Shown here in pieces: positions 26,248 through 39,521 of a DNA stretch of 61,371 bases. Within the stretch, counting starts at the first letter, position 1. Every line of letters starts with the position of its first letter. Both the position numbers and the translations under genes were made by a program. The notes beneath the pieces were generated by a model, which was not told the origin of the DNA, made no database searches, and was given only the letters and a program-made list of their open reading frames with translations. The stretch is taken from positions 434,001 to 495,371 of the forward strand of contig CT868307.1 in assembly GCA_000165425.1 (NCBI GenBank), written 5' to 3'. This stretch comes from Paramecium tetraurelia. Lineage: Eukaryota.

Positions 26248-27269
26248 ATGATCATCGAAAATTAAAGATGTTTTGGAAAGGAAATAGCAAATTCAAGTGT
26301 GCATCAATCCAAGGAAATAGGTATGATCGTAGAAAAACATAAAAAACCCTTTTCCATAATTCCAAAGGTCTTTACTACAAGTTTGGATGATAAAGAAAAT
26401 AAATTGTTTAGAAGAGAATCAGAAAAAATACCAATCGAAATAGAAATAGACAAGAGTAAGGAACACCTAAATCCATAAAAAGTAGAATTATATTCGAATG
26501 AAATTTTACAACACTTGCTGATGGAGGAAGTAATTATGTTAGACTATTTTAGAATAAATACACAATAAATTAGTATATGACACCTGAGTAATAGCCAGAC
26601 ATCAATCTTAAGATGAGAGCCATTCTAGTGGATTGGTTAGTTGATGTCCATGCTAAGTTCAAGTTGAAGGATGAAACTCTTTACATCACAATTTCATTAA
26701 TCGATCGATATTTGTCTTTGGCTCAAGTCACACGAATGAGATTGCAGTTGGTAGGTGTGGCAGCCTTGTTCATCGCTTGTAAATACGAAGAAATATACCC
26801 TCCTGCATTAAAGGATTTCGTTTACATCACAGACAATGCATATGTGAAAAGTGATGTTCTTGAAATGGAAGGCTTAATGTTATAGGCATTAAATTTCAAC
26901 ATATGTAATCCAACTGCCTACTAATTTTTATAAAAATACTCGACGGACTTAGATCCGAAAAATAAAGCGTTAGCTTAATATATACTGGAATTGGCTTTAG
27001 TTGAATATAAATTTATTATATATAAACCATCTTTAATTGCTCAATCCGTTATATTTTTAGTTAACAAGATTAGGTAAGACTTTTATATTAATCATAGGAC
27101 TCCGACTCATAAGACATAGAATGAGAATCAATTGAAGCCTTGTGCCAAAGAGTTATGCACATTACTTTAAACTGCGGATCTAAATTCTTTGTAAGCAGTC
27201 CGAAAGAAATTCAATGCTACTAAATTTTTTGAAGTTTCGAGAATTAAAGTAGAAAAAACAAACAACTGA
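26248..27269 (+). CDS. mitotic (A/B-type) cyclin, 324 aa
   Basis: Cyclin box [13 protein letters not shown]...[22 protein letters not shown]-box-like RCFGKEIAN; introns 26530-26552 and 27074-27097. Confidence 0.95.
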
Positions 27270-27344
27270 TTTTAATTTAAAATGTCTTGTTTCTTTGACT
27301 TTCACTCAAATTTTTTAAAATTACAGTTATCCATTGTATATTAA

Positions 27345-30300
27345 ATGCTTTAATTATAAAAATCATCTTGGGCCTAATCGAATTCACCAAGACAATTTCG
27401 ATAAAATAGCAGTCCTAGTTCTCCCTCCATCAGATCTGACTAGGTTTCAAGACACGAGGATATAGATGATCAATGGGATGTTATTGTAGAAGACAATTTT
27501 GTAAAGAAAGTGGGATCGAATCAAAATTAAAGATTTGAGAGTGATTTCACAGTTCAAGATCAAGACAAGCGTACATTTAAGCATTAACTGAATAGGGAAT
27601 ATATTGCATTAAACAGCTCTTAGATAGGACGCTAAAATCCTTGAACTCTTAATTTAGGATTATCATAATCTGCTCAAAGAAAATAAGAAACAAGATAGAG
27701 CCAAACTCTAAAGGAAAGTGTCATAAATTAAGAACAACGAAAATGAAGATGAAGAAATAATAGAAATTGACTTTGATTGTGAAGATTATGATTTTTTAGA
27801 ATTGTAAGATTAAGTAAAGAAGTATGTTCAATAGCCAGACATATTTGGATGCACTCCCATATAAATTTGCTGTTTTTTAAATGATCCCAAGTTCCACTAA
27901 AATAGATAGGAGTGTTTGAAAATTTTAATTGAAAATGGTTCAGATGTGAATGAAGCAAATCCTCATAACCTGTGGAGACCACTTCATTGGTGTTCATTTT
28001 ATGGCGATGAAGGCAGTGTAAAACTCCTATTGTAAAATAAAGCCTTTTCATTTCTCTGTGATTATAACGGATTATATCCTATGGATTTAGCAGGCAAGAA
28101 TCAACATAATGAAGTATTAGAAGCCCTGATTGACAATATGGTTATCTTATTAAAAGATTGTCAATTTTTTTGGAATGGAGAATTGATAGGGAAAAAAGAA
28201 ACTGAGTTCATTGAATTTTAAGAGATCTGTTCTCATTATGAAGCAGAACTATAAAATCCACTGCTGTATACCAAAATCTTATTCTGGTGTTGCAGATTTA
28301 AATTCAACAAGTTCATCAAAACAATCTTAGAAAAACTGCCAAGAATTTACATCATGTTTCCCATTAAGTCCTTGGATTCATAAACTTGTCTGCATGCTTG
28401 CTGTTTCAGTAGTAATGCTGAGGCTTTAAAAATGATTATCAAATTTGAAATTTTGGATTTGTCAATGATGAAACCTGATCCAGCATAAACAAAAAAGCAA
28501 CTAAAAAGAGAATAACGAAGAGAAGGATTCCATTTTAAAATATTAAGCAGTTATTTAGAATAAATAACAAAAACTGAAGTTCCTGGAATTAATTAGATAC
28601 TATAAAAGAGATATACTTAAAACTATAAGGAAAGATATTATCATGAACTCTAGAGATATCTAGTATAGGATTAAATTTATAGACAAGAGCTTGCAAAAGT
28701 CAATTTTATGCTCTTAAGCCTCAAAGATCAAAAAGTAGAGAAATCATTTTATGATTTAACAAAACAGACTTTTTGTAGGAATGTGCTCAAAATAAATGTT
28801 AAAGATAATCATGGAAATACACCATTGCATTTGGCATCTTTAAATGGAGATCAAAATATTATTAAATTTCTCTTAAATAAATTTGCTGATCCAGAAGCTG
28901 AAAATTTTGAATTTTTTAGAGCTAAACAACTAACAAGAGATCTTACTACCTAATTATATTATGATGGATTAATCAAAAAATAGAAATATATGATTAGTCA
29001 GGCTTAATTATTAAGATCTATTGAACTTATATTCTAAAAGCATAAGGAAAAAGGATAAAAGGTTAGCACCAACTTTGAGGATTAGTATAATTTATCTGAA
29101 AATATTTAATAGAAATCAAAGTATTATAGAACGTAGTTGAAGATAAAAGGGAAAACATCAAAATCAAAAAAGAAATTATAAACTATCTCACAGATAGAGC
29201 AGGGTGAATCAGCCAAACTTTCAGAATTGAGAACTTCGAATGCAAAAGAAAATTCAAATCTAATTTAGAAACCAAAAAAGACTAAGAAAGTTACCAATAA
29301 AATTATTCCATTAAATTTTCAACCTTCAACTTCAAATAAGAAATCAAAAAGTTCATATGATCATTATGAATAATTAATCCTATTTTCAAGTTAATTATTT
29401 GTTCCAGATATAGTATTAAAATTTGATTAATCAGTCAAAGTTAACTTGATTGATTATTTTAAAAAATCCTCTATGGTTGATTAAAAAAAGTTAATAGAAT
29501 AATAAATCAATTTTTAAATAGATCTTTTATAAAAAGCAGAATTTGAAATCTATATGATGTTCTCATTTACTTCAAAAGATTACATTTACATAATGCTTAG
29601 AATTAAGGAAGAGAAATTAGAGAGATTAGCTGAAGAAATGGAAATGCAAATAAAAATGATTGATTCTTATGATCTAGAATAATTTAAGATGAAACAAAGA
29701 AATAAATTTGAACCATTTCGATCTAGTCAAAGATAGAAAATTGTTTATGAACATTTACTGAAATCAATCAATTTAGAATCATTAATGAAATCTAAATTAA
29801 TCGATTCTTGTTATGCTATGCATACATCAGGAGGCATTTAAATAGTTAAAAGGGAGTGGTAAAAACTATCATTTGGATTCATTCCCTAACCAATCTGTTA
29901 GATAAAAGATTATTTAAGCGAAGGCAGTGGAAGGAACTTTACTTCATTAACAACAATGAGATTGTACTTTGGAGAATAGATATCCTTCTTTTTTGCCTGG
30001 ATCAGCTATCTCTCATGTATATCATTAATAATTGCCATTCCAGGATTAATACTGTAAATTTATGTCATTCTATACGATTTCCACTCTGAAATACTGCCAT
30101 ATTGGGTATTGATTGTGACTATATGGTCTACTGTATAAACAGAATTGTGGAAAAGAAAGACATCAGAAATCAATACAAGGTGGGGTTGCATCGATTAAAT
30201 GCTTCAAGCTGAATCTTCTTATTATGAGGGTCCTCTGAAAGATAAATTCTCAGGGGACGAAGAAATAAATAATATCACCAAGAGATTAACAAAGCATTAA

Positions 30301-32729
30301 TAAATTACTAAATTGGCAGTTTACTTTGTTATTTTTTTGATTTTATTGGCTGTTTTTCTTTTGGGAAGTTTTGGAATAGTCTACGGGATTGATTTACTAA
30401 GGAAAGAGGTTTAGTCATACAAAGGAGTAGTATTTTTACTAGGTGCTTTATAAGCTATTGCAATCTAAGTCTTAAATATATTATTTCATTATTTCTCTAA
30501 ATGGTATGCTGATGTAGAAAATCATAAATTTGAATTAAGTTACGAAAAATCTTTAATTTATAAGAATGTATTCTTTAGGTTCATAAATTCATACATGCCT
30601 TTGATGTATATCATAGTTACTAGTAATGATTATAATTTAGAAGATATCTTTTATTTTCTCATTCCCCTTGTGTTAGTAAAGAAGGCATATTACATATTAA
30701 TTGATTTCTTGATTCCTGCTTTAATCATTCGAGCTAAGATTAAAATATATTTCTCAAAAGTCAAGGAAGTTTCATAAGATTAAAGATTTTTTGGAAAATA
30801 GAAGGGAAAAACATTGAGTTTTTTGGATGAAATTGAATAATTTTGGACTTATGATGAATTTAGCAAAAATAAAAATTCATAGGCCTAATCTTAATCCTAA
30901 GAAACTTCATTTTAAATAGCATATTTAGAATCAGCTTCTAGAACTGTGCTTAAAGTTGAAAGTGAAGAGATTTTAGAAGAAAAGTTACATGAACAAACTT
31001 AAAATCCAAAATTAGTTTATCAACCTTTTGAAACTAAGATCGACACTGATGCTATTGAGTTAAACTCGTTTAAAGATGAATTTGGAGGTACTTTAGATTA
31101 TTTCATGGAAGCAGTTACTGATTATGGATATTTTATTTTATTTTCAGCTGCTTTTCCCATAGGTCCATTTATAGGGATAATTTTAAATGTTGTAGAAATT
31201 CAAATGAAACTTTATAAATTAATATACATGACAAAGAGAATTAAGTCTGAAAGGATGCCTGGTATTGGTTAGTGGTTAAACATTTTAGAATTTTTAAGTG
31301 CCATAGGAGTATTTACAAACTTTGTTTTATTATATTTCAAACATAGAAATGCAACTCTAAAGATGTTTACAAATGATGTAGATTAGATTATATAGGATGA
31401 TTTAGAATTATGGTATTTTATAAGTTGTGTAATTGCGGTCACTCTAATAAAAATATTAGTTAGAGAATTAATACCGGATAGACCAGATTGGGTAATTGAA
31501 GAGATTGATAAAATAAATCATAGGGAATTGGTTGAGCAACAAGAAAAGGCAAAGTAAAAATTGAGAGATATGGAGAAGCATTTTAAAGAATTGCGGTAAT
31601 CAATAAAACTATATTTAGAGATGAAAATATTAAATTGAAAAAAGAATAAGCCGATTTAGAGTAAATTACAGATTTAAGAATCAGATAATTGGATGCTGAA
31701 ATAAATAAGTTGGAATAGTAGTTTTAAAATATATCCAGATTTAAGAAAATAGATAAACTAATAATAACTGAGTATGACATGATAGTATTGAATGTACTCA
31801 AAAATAGATATTATCAATTTGATAATATAATGTTGACAAAAAGATTGTTATAGTTTATAGAAACAAGATCTTGTATTATTTAAATCTGTTAAGAGTGTGG
31901 AAAATGTCCAGCTATTCTTGAATGTTTGGAATGTTAAGAGAATTTCTGTGGATCATGCTATTCCAAAGTTCACACAGTCATCCAATAAATGAAACACAAT
32001 GTTAAATTGAAAGTGAAGAAAAATGAAATCTCAGAGTAAATTGAACTAAATGTAATTTAAGATGAAAAAGAACAGAAATAAGGAGCATCTGAATAATCGA
32101 AATTACTCAAAAAATAAATTGGTATTGCACTTCCAAAAAGAAATTGGAAGAAAATTGAATATTTCTTCATACCATTATAAATACAAAGTGGACAACCTAA
32201 ATTAAATGAGTTGTATAGTCAATTTGGAGATTACTATTTAAAAAGTTCAGGTCTGGAATTCAGAGATTTCAGGATTGTTATTGAAAAGATATTGCCACTA
32301 AAAGATGTATTAATTGCAGAAGACTCTACATTAAGATTGGAGGACAAAATCTTTCTTAATAGAATTGCTTTTTAATTATTTAGAAAGAAAAAACATTCTG
32401 CTGAAATTTAACAATTCTTGAGATATTGTACAATTCTATAAACAGGATAACTGGAATAAAGAATCTTTATGTTCTTTGATTTTATTGATATTAATGAGGA
32501 TGACTAAATTTCAAAAACTGAATTGGAAGGATTATTCCTTGCTTCATTTGTCTAAGATTTGAGAACAAATAAAAGGGTTTATGAAGTGATTGATTAGTTC
32601 TTTCCAAACAATGCACAAATTAGAATTAAAAGGGAAGTATCCTAAGAATTCTTTAATAAAGTTAATAGAAGTGATGAATTTCGAACATTTTTAGAAGCAT
32701 TATTATAGGTTTAAGGAGTAAAATGTTGA
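27345..32729 (+). CDS. anoctamin/TMEM16-family protein with N-terminal ankyrin repeats and C-terminal B-box and EF-hand
   Basis: Ankyrin motifs: WRPLHWCSFYG, GNTPLHLASLNG. Anoctamin motifs: RLYFGEQISFFFAW, ELWKRK, ENHKFELSYEKSLIYK, FSAAFP, IGQWLNILE, IPDRPDWV. B-box at about 31885-32000 and EF-loop DINEDDQISKTE at about 32490. Two tiny introns. Confidence 0.92.
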
Positions 32730-32880
32730 TACAAAAAATTAAAAGTAAAATTGTCAATCTAACAATGAATATCTGATTATATAGATTTATCATTATTACA
32801 AATATCAGTTATATTAATTGGTGCAATAAACAAGAACTTAAAACAAATAATATTGAATATATTTAATAAAAAGATGAATC

Positions 32881-33963
32881 TCATCTTCCTGACCATGATG
32901 CAACTTATTTCTTGAATATGATGATGACTTATTCAATAATAGCGTTTTCTTCATCTCTCTTAGCCTTGGCTTCAGCATAGTCTGCTCTCTTGTTTTCTAA
33001 ATCGGATTAAGCTTAATCTAAAGCATCTTATGACTCTTAGAGAATAATCTTTGATTTGGCTTATTGGGCTAAGGCAGCTTGAATTTACTAAGATGATAGA
33101 GATGATAATTGTTACTGTTGCCAATCTGTCTGCATAAACTTATTTTCTTTCGTATTCAACTTTGAGGTTTGCAACTTCGGCTTCACTCAAAGATACCCAT
33201 CCTGCTAATTCCCATGAGGCATTAATTTCATTGACTTCAAGAGCATCAAGTGAGGCTTAAAGATTGGCTTCAAGTGATTCTAATACAGACAACACTCTTT
33301 CTGCTAATGTGGCTCCTCTGCTTACAGAACCGTCTTCTTATTTGTTGGCCAATTAGAGGAATGATTTTAATTCTTATTCTTAGAATGTGTTACTGTATTG
33401 CTTCAATTTATCAGCAACACTGTTAACTTAAACTAATTCAAAGGAATCCCCATTAATAATATATCCTGCAACATCTTATTTGAGTACTCTGACAACTTCA
33501 AGTGCTTCTCTGTTTTATTTGATTGATCTAACAAACAATTGATTGCTGAGACACTATTCATCAAGAAGGACTTAAATCTTTCTAGCAATTTCATCTTATC
33601 TTTGTTCATTCCAAGCAAGGTAATTTTTGGTGTCGTGGAGTTCTTATTCAAATTGTGCTCTGTTTTCAATTGATTATTAGAACAATTTTTGGTTGAGACT
33701 CTTGATTTTTGTGAATTGTTCAATTGTTCTAAAATTAATTAATAAAATTACTATGCTCCAACCCATTCGTCTGTTTCATTCTTTTAATCAGCAGCAAATT
33801 AGGCATCCTTGTTTGATTAAATCAAATCATTGAGTAATCCAAACACTGTATCAATAGCATCACTTGCCTTTGTACCTGTCTAGAGGAGGGCAAGAATTTG
33901 ATCTTTGGTTGATGTTGCTGATGCAAATGTGACCAACAATACAAGGGCGATTGCCAATTTCAT
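32881..33963 (-). CDS. trichocyst matrix protein (secretory granule lattice precursor)
   Basis: Signal peptide MKLAIALVLLVTFASA, then acidic coiled-coil DAIDTVFGLLNDLIQSN...; ends RDEENAIIEQVIIIFKKQVASWSGR*; two tiny introns. Confidence 0.8.
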
Positions 33964-34483
33964 TATTTTATTAATATACTCACAAAAACGGGTAATTCAA
34001 TTAAATATCAATCCAAAAATATAAATAATTAGTATAAATTAAAATATCAGCTCATAATCCCTCATTTAAGAAATTCTCATTGAGAATAACTTCAGAATTG
34101 GAAAATTTATGTCTTTGATTCAAAGATAGGGATTTATCCGAAAATTGAATGTATTTCTGTTCATATCAGAAACACTTGATAGAAATGACCGTAATGATTG
34201 ATCTACTATTGATAACTGCATTGGAACCATCCTAAATATGAAGAATCAATTACTTTTAAGCAAGACTTCCATGTAAATGAGAAAAAACAAAAGTAATTGT
34301 TTGGAGCAAAAAGAGTTTAATGGAATATTGATTATTTTTAGATTAGAAATTAGAATATAAACATAATAAAATAAAGTTTATATTTGGATTATATCTATTA
34401 ATCATTGTAAGGGTTATTCAAAATTGTTATTTTTGTGTATTTATTTTTATGAATATATATAATTTTAAATATAAAATATTAAA

Positions 34484-37117
34484 ATGAATTAAATTCAATA
34501 AGAGATCACTATGATTCCTACAAAAATATTTAAGAATGCATAATGGATTTCAAAATCTTTGAGTGTAAACAAACGAAAAAGTCCAAATTATCCATGTAAA
34601 AGATGGGGACATACAGCTGTGTTACACGATAAATATATGTATGTTTTCAGTGGTTGTGGGAAATCTGATAATCCCAGATAGTGGGAACAAATCTATAGAA
34701 TGGATTGCATAACATTTTAATGGGAAAGATTGAATTCACCATCTTTGAAACATCCCCCAGGCAGAGATTCTCATTGTTGCGTATGTTTATAAAATAAACT
34801 ATATTTTTTTGGGGGATCTAGTAATGAATTAATTCTTGGCGATTTTTGGAGCTTTGATTTCGAAACTTCTGAATGGACAGAAATCTAGGTACCAAAAGAT
34901 ATGGAGGGTAGAGAAGGACATTCTATGGTAGCTTTATCATCAAGATTGATATACATCTATGGTGGATGGGATTAAGTGTAAAATATAATGACAGAATCCC
35001 ATTGGCTGTATGATATAAAAACAAACAAATTTTAGTAAGTAACTCACTTCACTGGTGATGAAATGATCAAATTAGAAAGTCATACTGCTAATAAAATAGG
35101 AGATAGTGTTTATATTTTTGGAGGGTAAGGTCAATAGTCCAATAAACAATTAGTATTTCATAAAGATTTATACAAATTAGATTTTGAAAATCTGAATGAT
35201 TTGCACTCTAAATTTGATTAATTAGAATCAGGAGATGATAAAGGTCAGATAGACAATAATACGGTTATCAAGATTGAGAAGATCAAAGCAAATGGGTCTT
35301 AATAGCCCACTCCAAGAGCATCACATTCTGCAGTTGCTTATGGCGAGAGATTCTTATTTATAATTGGAGGGGAAGGGTATGAAAAAAATGGTATATTTTA
35401 GTTATTAATATGACCAATAGAAGGATAATGAGGAGGAGGCAATGGAGTAAGACCAAGATGAAGATTAAAATATTGATGAGGAGGAAAAACCAATATTTCC
35501 AAAAAATGATATTTGGATTTTTGAGACACTAATGAGAGTATGTAATAACAAATTAAATTTATAGACATGGAGCAAATTGTAACCAAAATCTAAGACTCCT
35601 GTATTCTAACCCAGATTTTCACATAGTTGTATTGTGTATAAGGATTAATTTATAATCTTCGGAGGATTGAGAAGTATGGGAGAAGTATTGGAAGATATAA
35701 TGGTATTGCATTTAAAGGATAGCGAAAATAATATTTAAAAGTATGCAAGAGATGAAATGAAAAACGTTTGTAAGTATTGTCAGTTAATCTATGGTATTCA
35801 GTAAGAGGAGGAAATATCATTTTATAAAACAACAGAAAATAATGCCATCAAATTACCTAAGTTATCTTTAACATTCATTGATGAGTACTATATTTTATGA
35901 TTTAATAGAATTTCTAAACTTATTTAGTGTCCTATGTCATGCTTTGGTCTCTTCTTGGACAATATCAAATTATCAGAAGCTTCAGAAGTTAATTTTGAAT
36001 ACGTGTTTTTATAAAGAAAAATGAAATACCAAAATACTATTGACGAGATTAAGGATAAAATACCAGTTTTAATAATTCTCGAGAAAGACCCCAAAGAATT
36101 AGATGATTTAAACGATTTCCTCTTTAATTTTGATATTTCCAAAAAGAAAAATAAACTAATTAATTAGGATTTAGATTTAAAAAATGAAAGTGAACAAAAT
36201 TAAATTTTAGAGGAGCAATAATTGCTTAATAAAAAGCAATATGCTTTAAACTTTAAAATTGCTTCATTACGATTGGGAGATAGTGTTCTTATCTGTCACA
36301 AATCATAGAATAATTATTATGTTGGATTAATATCAATGAACAATCAACTCAATCCTAATGATGAAACCTTAACATTCTATAACTACACCATGACAATAGC
36401 CAATGGCACAGAAAGAAGGATTGACTCACCTGAAAGCAAGTATGTATTATTAAATGCTATTACTCATTTAATAAATGAGGAAGATTTCATACTCAATTGC
36501 AGCTATAATTATACCAAAATATTCATCTTTGATCTAGCAAGAATACATGCTCTATAAAAGATATTTGAACTTAGTTTATATACTGATGATATAATCTCAA
36601 ATTAATCATTAGCATTTGGATTAAAAAAAGAAGAGGCCATCAAATATCCAGATTTCTCTTTCAAAGAATATCTCAAATATTATTCATTAGAGCCTTTGCA
36701 ATTCAAAGTAACTGTTTAAAATTAAGTGATCAACACCAATCTTAATGTGATAAGTCGTATTGAAAATAAAAATAAGGTTTCTGTTACAAATGAAAAAATA
36801 CTTAACAAATTGAGTGAATGGGCAGAATCCTATCAATTAAGTAGGCTTACATAAAATAATTTTGGAATTCTCCTTTATTACTAAGGAAGATTGATCAACA
36901 GATACAGAAAACAATTGGGAGTCTATCCAAATAATCTTGAACAAAGTGGATACATTAATATATCAAAAATTGTTAAGCCAAATATGACATTTGAAGTAAA
37001 CAATTTAAATACTCTTAGGGATTTAAAAATTCATACTTAGGTTCTATATTACTTTAAACTCTGGAAGCTTTGGAGGAAGAGTGTGAACCAGAGAGAAGAA
37101 AGGAAATTAAAATTTGA
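34484..37117 (+). CDS. Kelch-repeat protein with C-terminal MORC-like (GHKL+S5) module
   Basis: Kelch blades RWGHT, RDSHC/FFGG, REGHS/IYGG, LESHT/IFGG, RASHS/IIGG, RFSHS/IFGG. Then MSCFGLFLDN, QYALNFKIASLRLGDSVLI, DFSFKEYLKYY and GILLYYQGRLI. Confidence 0.85.
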
Positions 37118-37839
37118 TGTTATTGTCTATATATCATAATATAAATGTAATAATATAATAGCATTTTATGCATCTCCTTAGATTAATGAAAATAAGTGTT
37201 AGTGTGAAAAATTATTAATCAGATATTCAAGAGAGTTATAAATTACATAAATTCTTAATATATTATGAAATTAGATCTAAACTTACATACCCATTACCTT
37301 AGTATATATATATAGTAGGAATTTCTCAAATTAAATAAACAAACTTTGCATAATTGTAATGGATCAAATTGTTAAAAGATTAAGATGGACTTTAACATCT
37401 AAGTATCTTCCATTTCAACTCTAATGTAAATAAACTATATCTGTACCTTAATTTTAAATTCTGCAAGTAATAGTAAAGAAATAATAGTCAATCATAAATG
37501 ATAAATTAATTTTATGTTTTATGTATTGCATCGAAGATATTCTCCTTAATATTAGAAAAAAATTATAATTACTGCCATAAAATAATTATTTCAAAATTAA
37601 TAAATATTTTTCAAATACTCCTTCTGATAAATTTCTTTGTAAATAGTAAGAGTTTAGTTTGAATAATTAATTAATTTGAAATTGTTTTGCTACCACTTCT
37701 TAAAAAAGAAAATTTTCAAAGTATCCCTTCACTCATAATATTTTAATTATTAATACAAATGCAAATAAATTGAGAGATAAACATAGTCTAAGATATTTTA
37801 TAATATTAGAAATAGATAATTATTGTATAAATTAAGTTA

Positions 37840-39521
37840 TCAACATCTTCTTTATGCTTTTTCGCTATTTTACAGGGGTTTAATATATTACTATTAAGGA
37901 TAGCAAGCAAGATGATAATTTAATCCAGGAAGGTAATTAGGAACCTACTAGAAACTACGGCTATTTAAATTTGGTGGAAAATTTAAGATGGATCTTTAGG
38001 GTACACATTAAGAGGCTCCTTGATACTGCTATTAAGAGCCATTGAATGGATAAAGTTGAAAATAAGAATTTATATTTTGGCGATTCTCTTGAAAAGTCAA
38101 TTAATTTTATGGAAGGGAATCTTCAATATTTTAGTTTAATCGTATATTACTTAAGAGATTGTTATAGCTAGACAAACTTGGATTACTTACATGACCAAGC
38201 AATCCTTAGTTTAACTCTATGTCTTTTTTGAGATAATCTTAGGTTCTGGAGAATTAATAAATCTATTCCTAAGTGGCAAAATAGATTTTATTTTTCTCTT
38301 TATTAATTAAGCATGATTATAATTATAAATACTCATCTTAAGAGATTTAAGTAAAATCCATAATTTACAAGGTTAAGGTGTTTTATTCTTATTACTTCTA
38401 GATATTTTCTAATTATTTATAATAATTAAAATTATTATGTTCCATATAGTTATTATCCATATGTTGAATGGCAAGATTGTCATTATTTAAAACAAGATCT
38501 TTCTGTTGTTACTAAATAATATTTTTGAATTAACGAGTTGATGAAATCTTTTTTGAAATTTAATCAAAATCTTCTTATTTCACATCATAAGGATCTCCAC
38601 CATCTTCTTTCATTCTCCACTCTATCTTTTTGATAATTTAATTTATAATTCTTAACTCTTCTAAATTTAATTCTTCATCAGAAGGCTTAGATGAAAAAGA
38701 ATCTTCTAATTCAGAATCACTTTCCTAATTAGAAAAAGGTTTAACTTTATTGTTTCTTTCCTTTCTCATCAAACAATTAAATCTATTTTTAACATTATTT
38801 TCACTTCTCTATAGTTTTAGTGATTTTGAAATTTAAGCCCATTTTTTTCCATTCAAAATGGCCAATTTCATAAGCTCTAAATCTTCAAATAATTACCATG
38901 GTTTTCTTAATTTTAATTATATTCTTACCTATTAATAGATGGATTCAGATGATTATTCCACCTTTCCCTGCACTGTTTCCCATTTCTATGAATACTTTTA
39001 CCAGTACGTTTGTTAAGAGTTGTAGCAATTTAACTCCATTTATTTCCTTTATTTAATCTCTAATATTCTTGAATAATTAATAGGAGTGCATCATCTTCTT
39101 CCTTAGTCCATGGAGCTTGTTGTAATGGTAATCTCAACATTTGAAGCCACTTTTATTTGCAATGAAAAGCATCTCTTCTTTACATCATTGAAGATATTTT
39201 GATCCAATCAGTCTCACTCTATAAAATTCATATCAACAAATTTAATACAATATTCTTAAAATCTCGCTTTTGGAAGGCAAAGTATTTTCCAATCAGCCAA
39301 ATTAGTACTTTTTTATCGTCTTCAGTCCAGTTCTTCTTCAATTTATTTGCACCTTACTGGATACTTGCCTGGTTGTTCTTTTGAATGTTCAGAATATAAT
39401 AGTTTTCTGGAAATTAATCGATCCCAAGATTATATAACTCCTTCATATAAGTGAATCTCACATTAGTAATGTCTTTAACTTTATCGTAAAAATCTTTAAA
39501 TTTGATGAAGAAATCATCCAT
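37840..39521 (-). CDS. Myb-domain transcription factor (multiple repeats)
   Basis: WTEDDKKVL, DAFHCKQKW, PWTKEEDDAL, RNGKQCRERWNNHLNP, PWQLFEDLEL, SENNVKNRFN; Q/N-rich tail. Confidence 0.9.

Noticed and set aside
34070..34350. Coding-like patch (HWNHPKYEESITFKQDF...) between the trichocyst and Kelch genes
   Set aside because: Interrupted by TGA, and no family could be recognised; not supportable as a feature.
37760..38320. Apparent plus-strand membrane-protein frame
   Set aside because: It is the antisense of the minus-strand Myb gene's C-terminal region.
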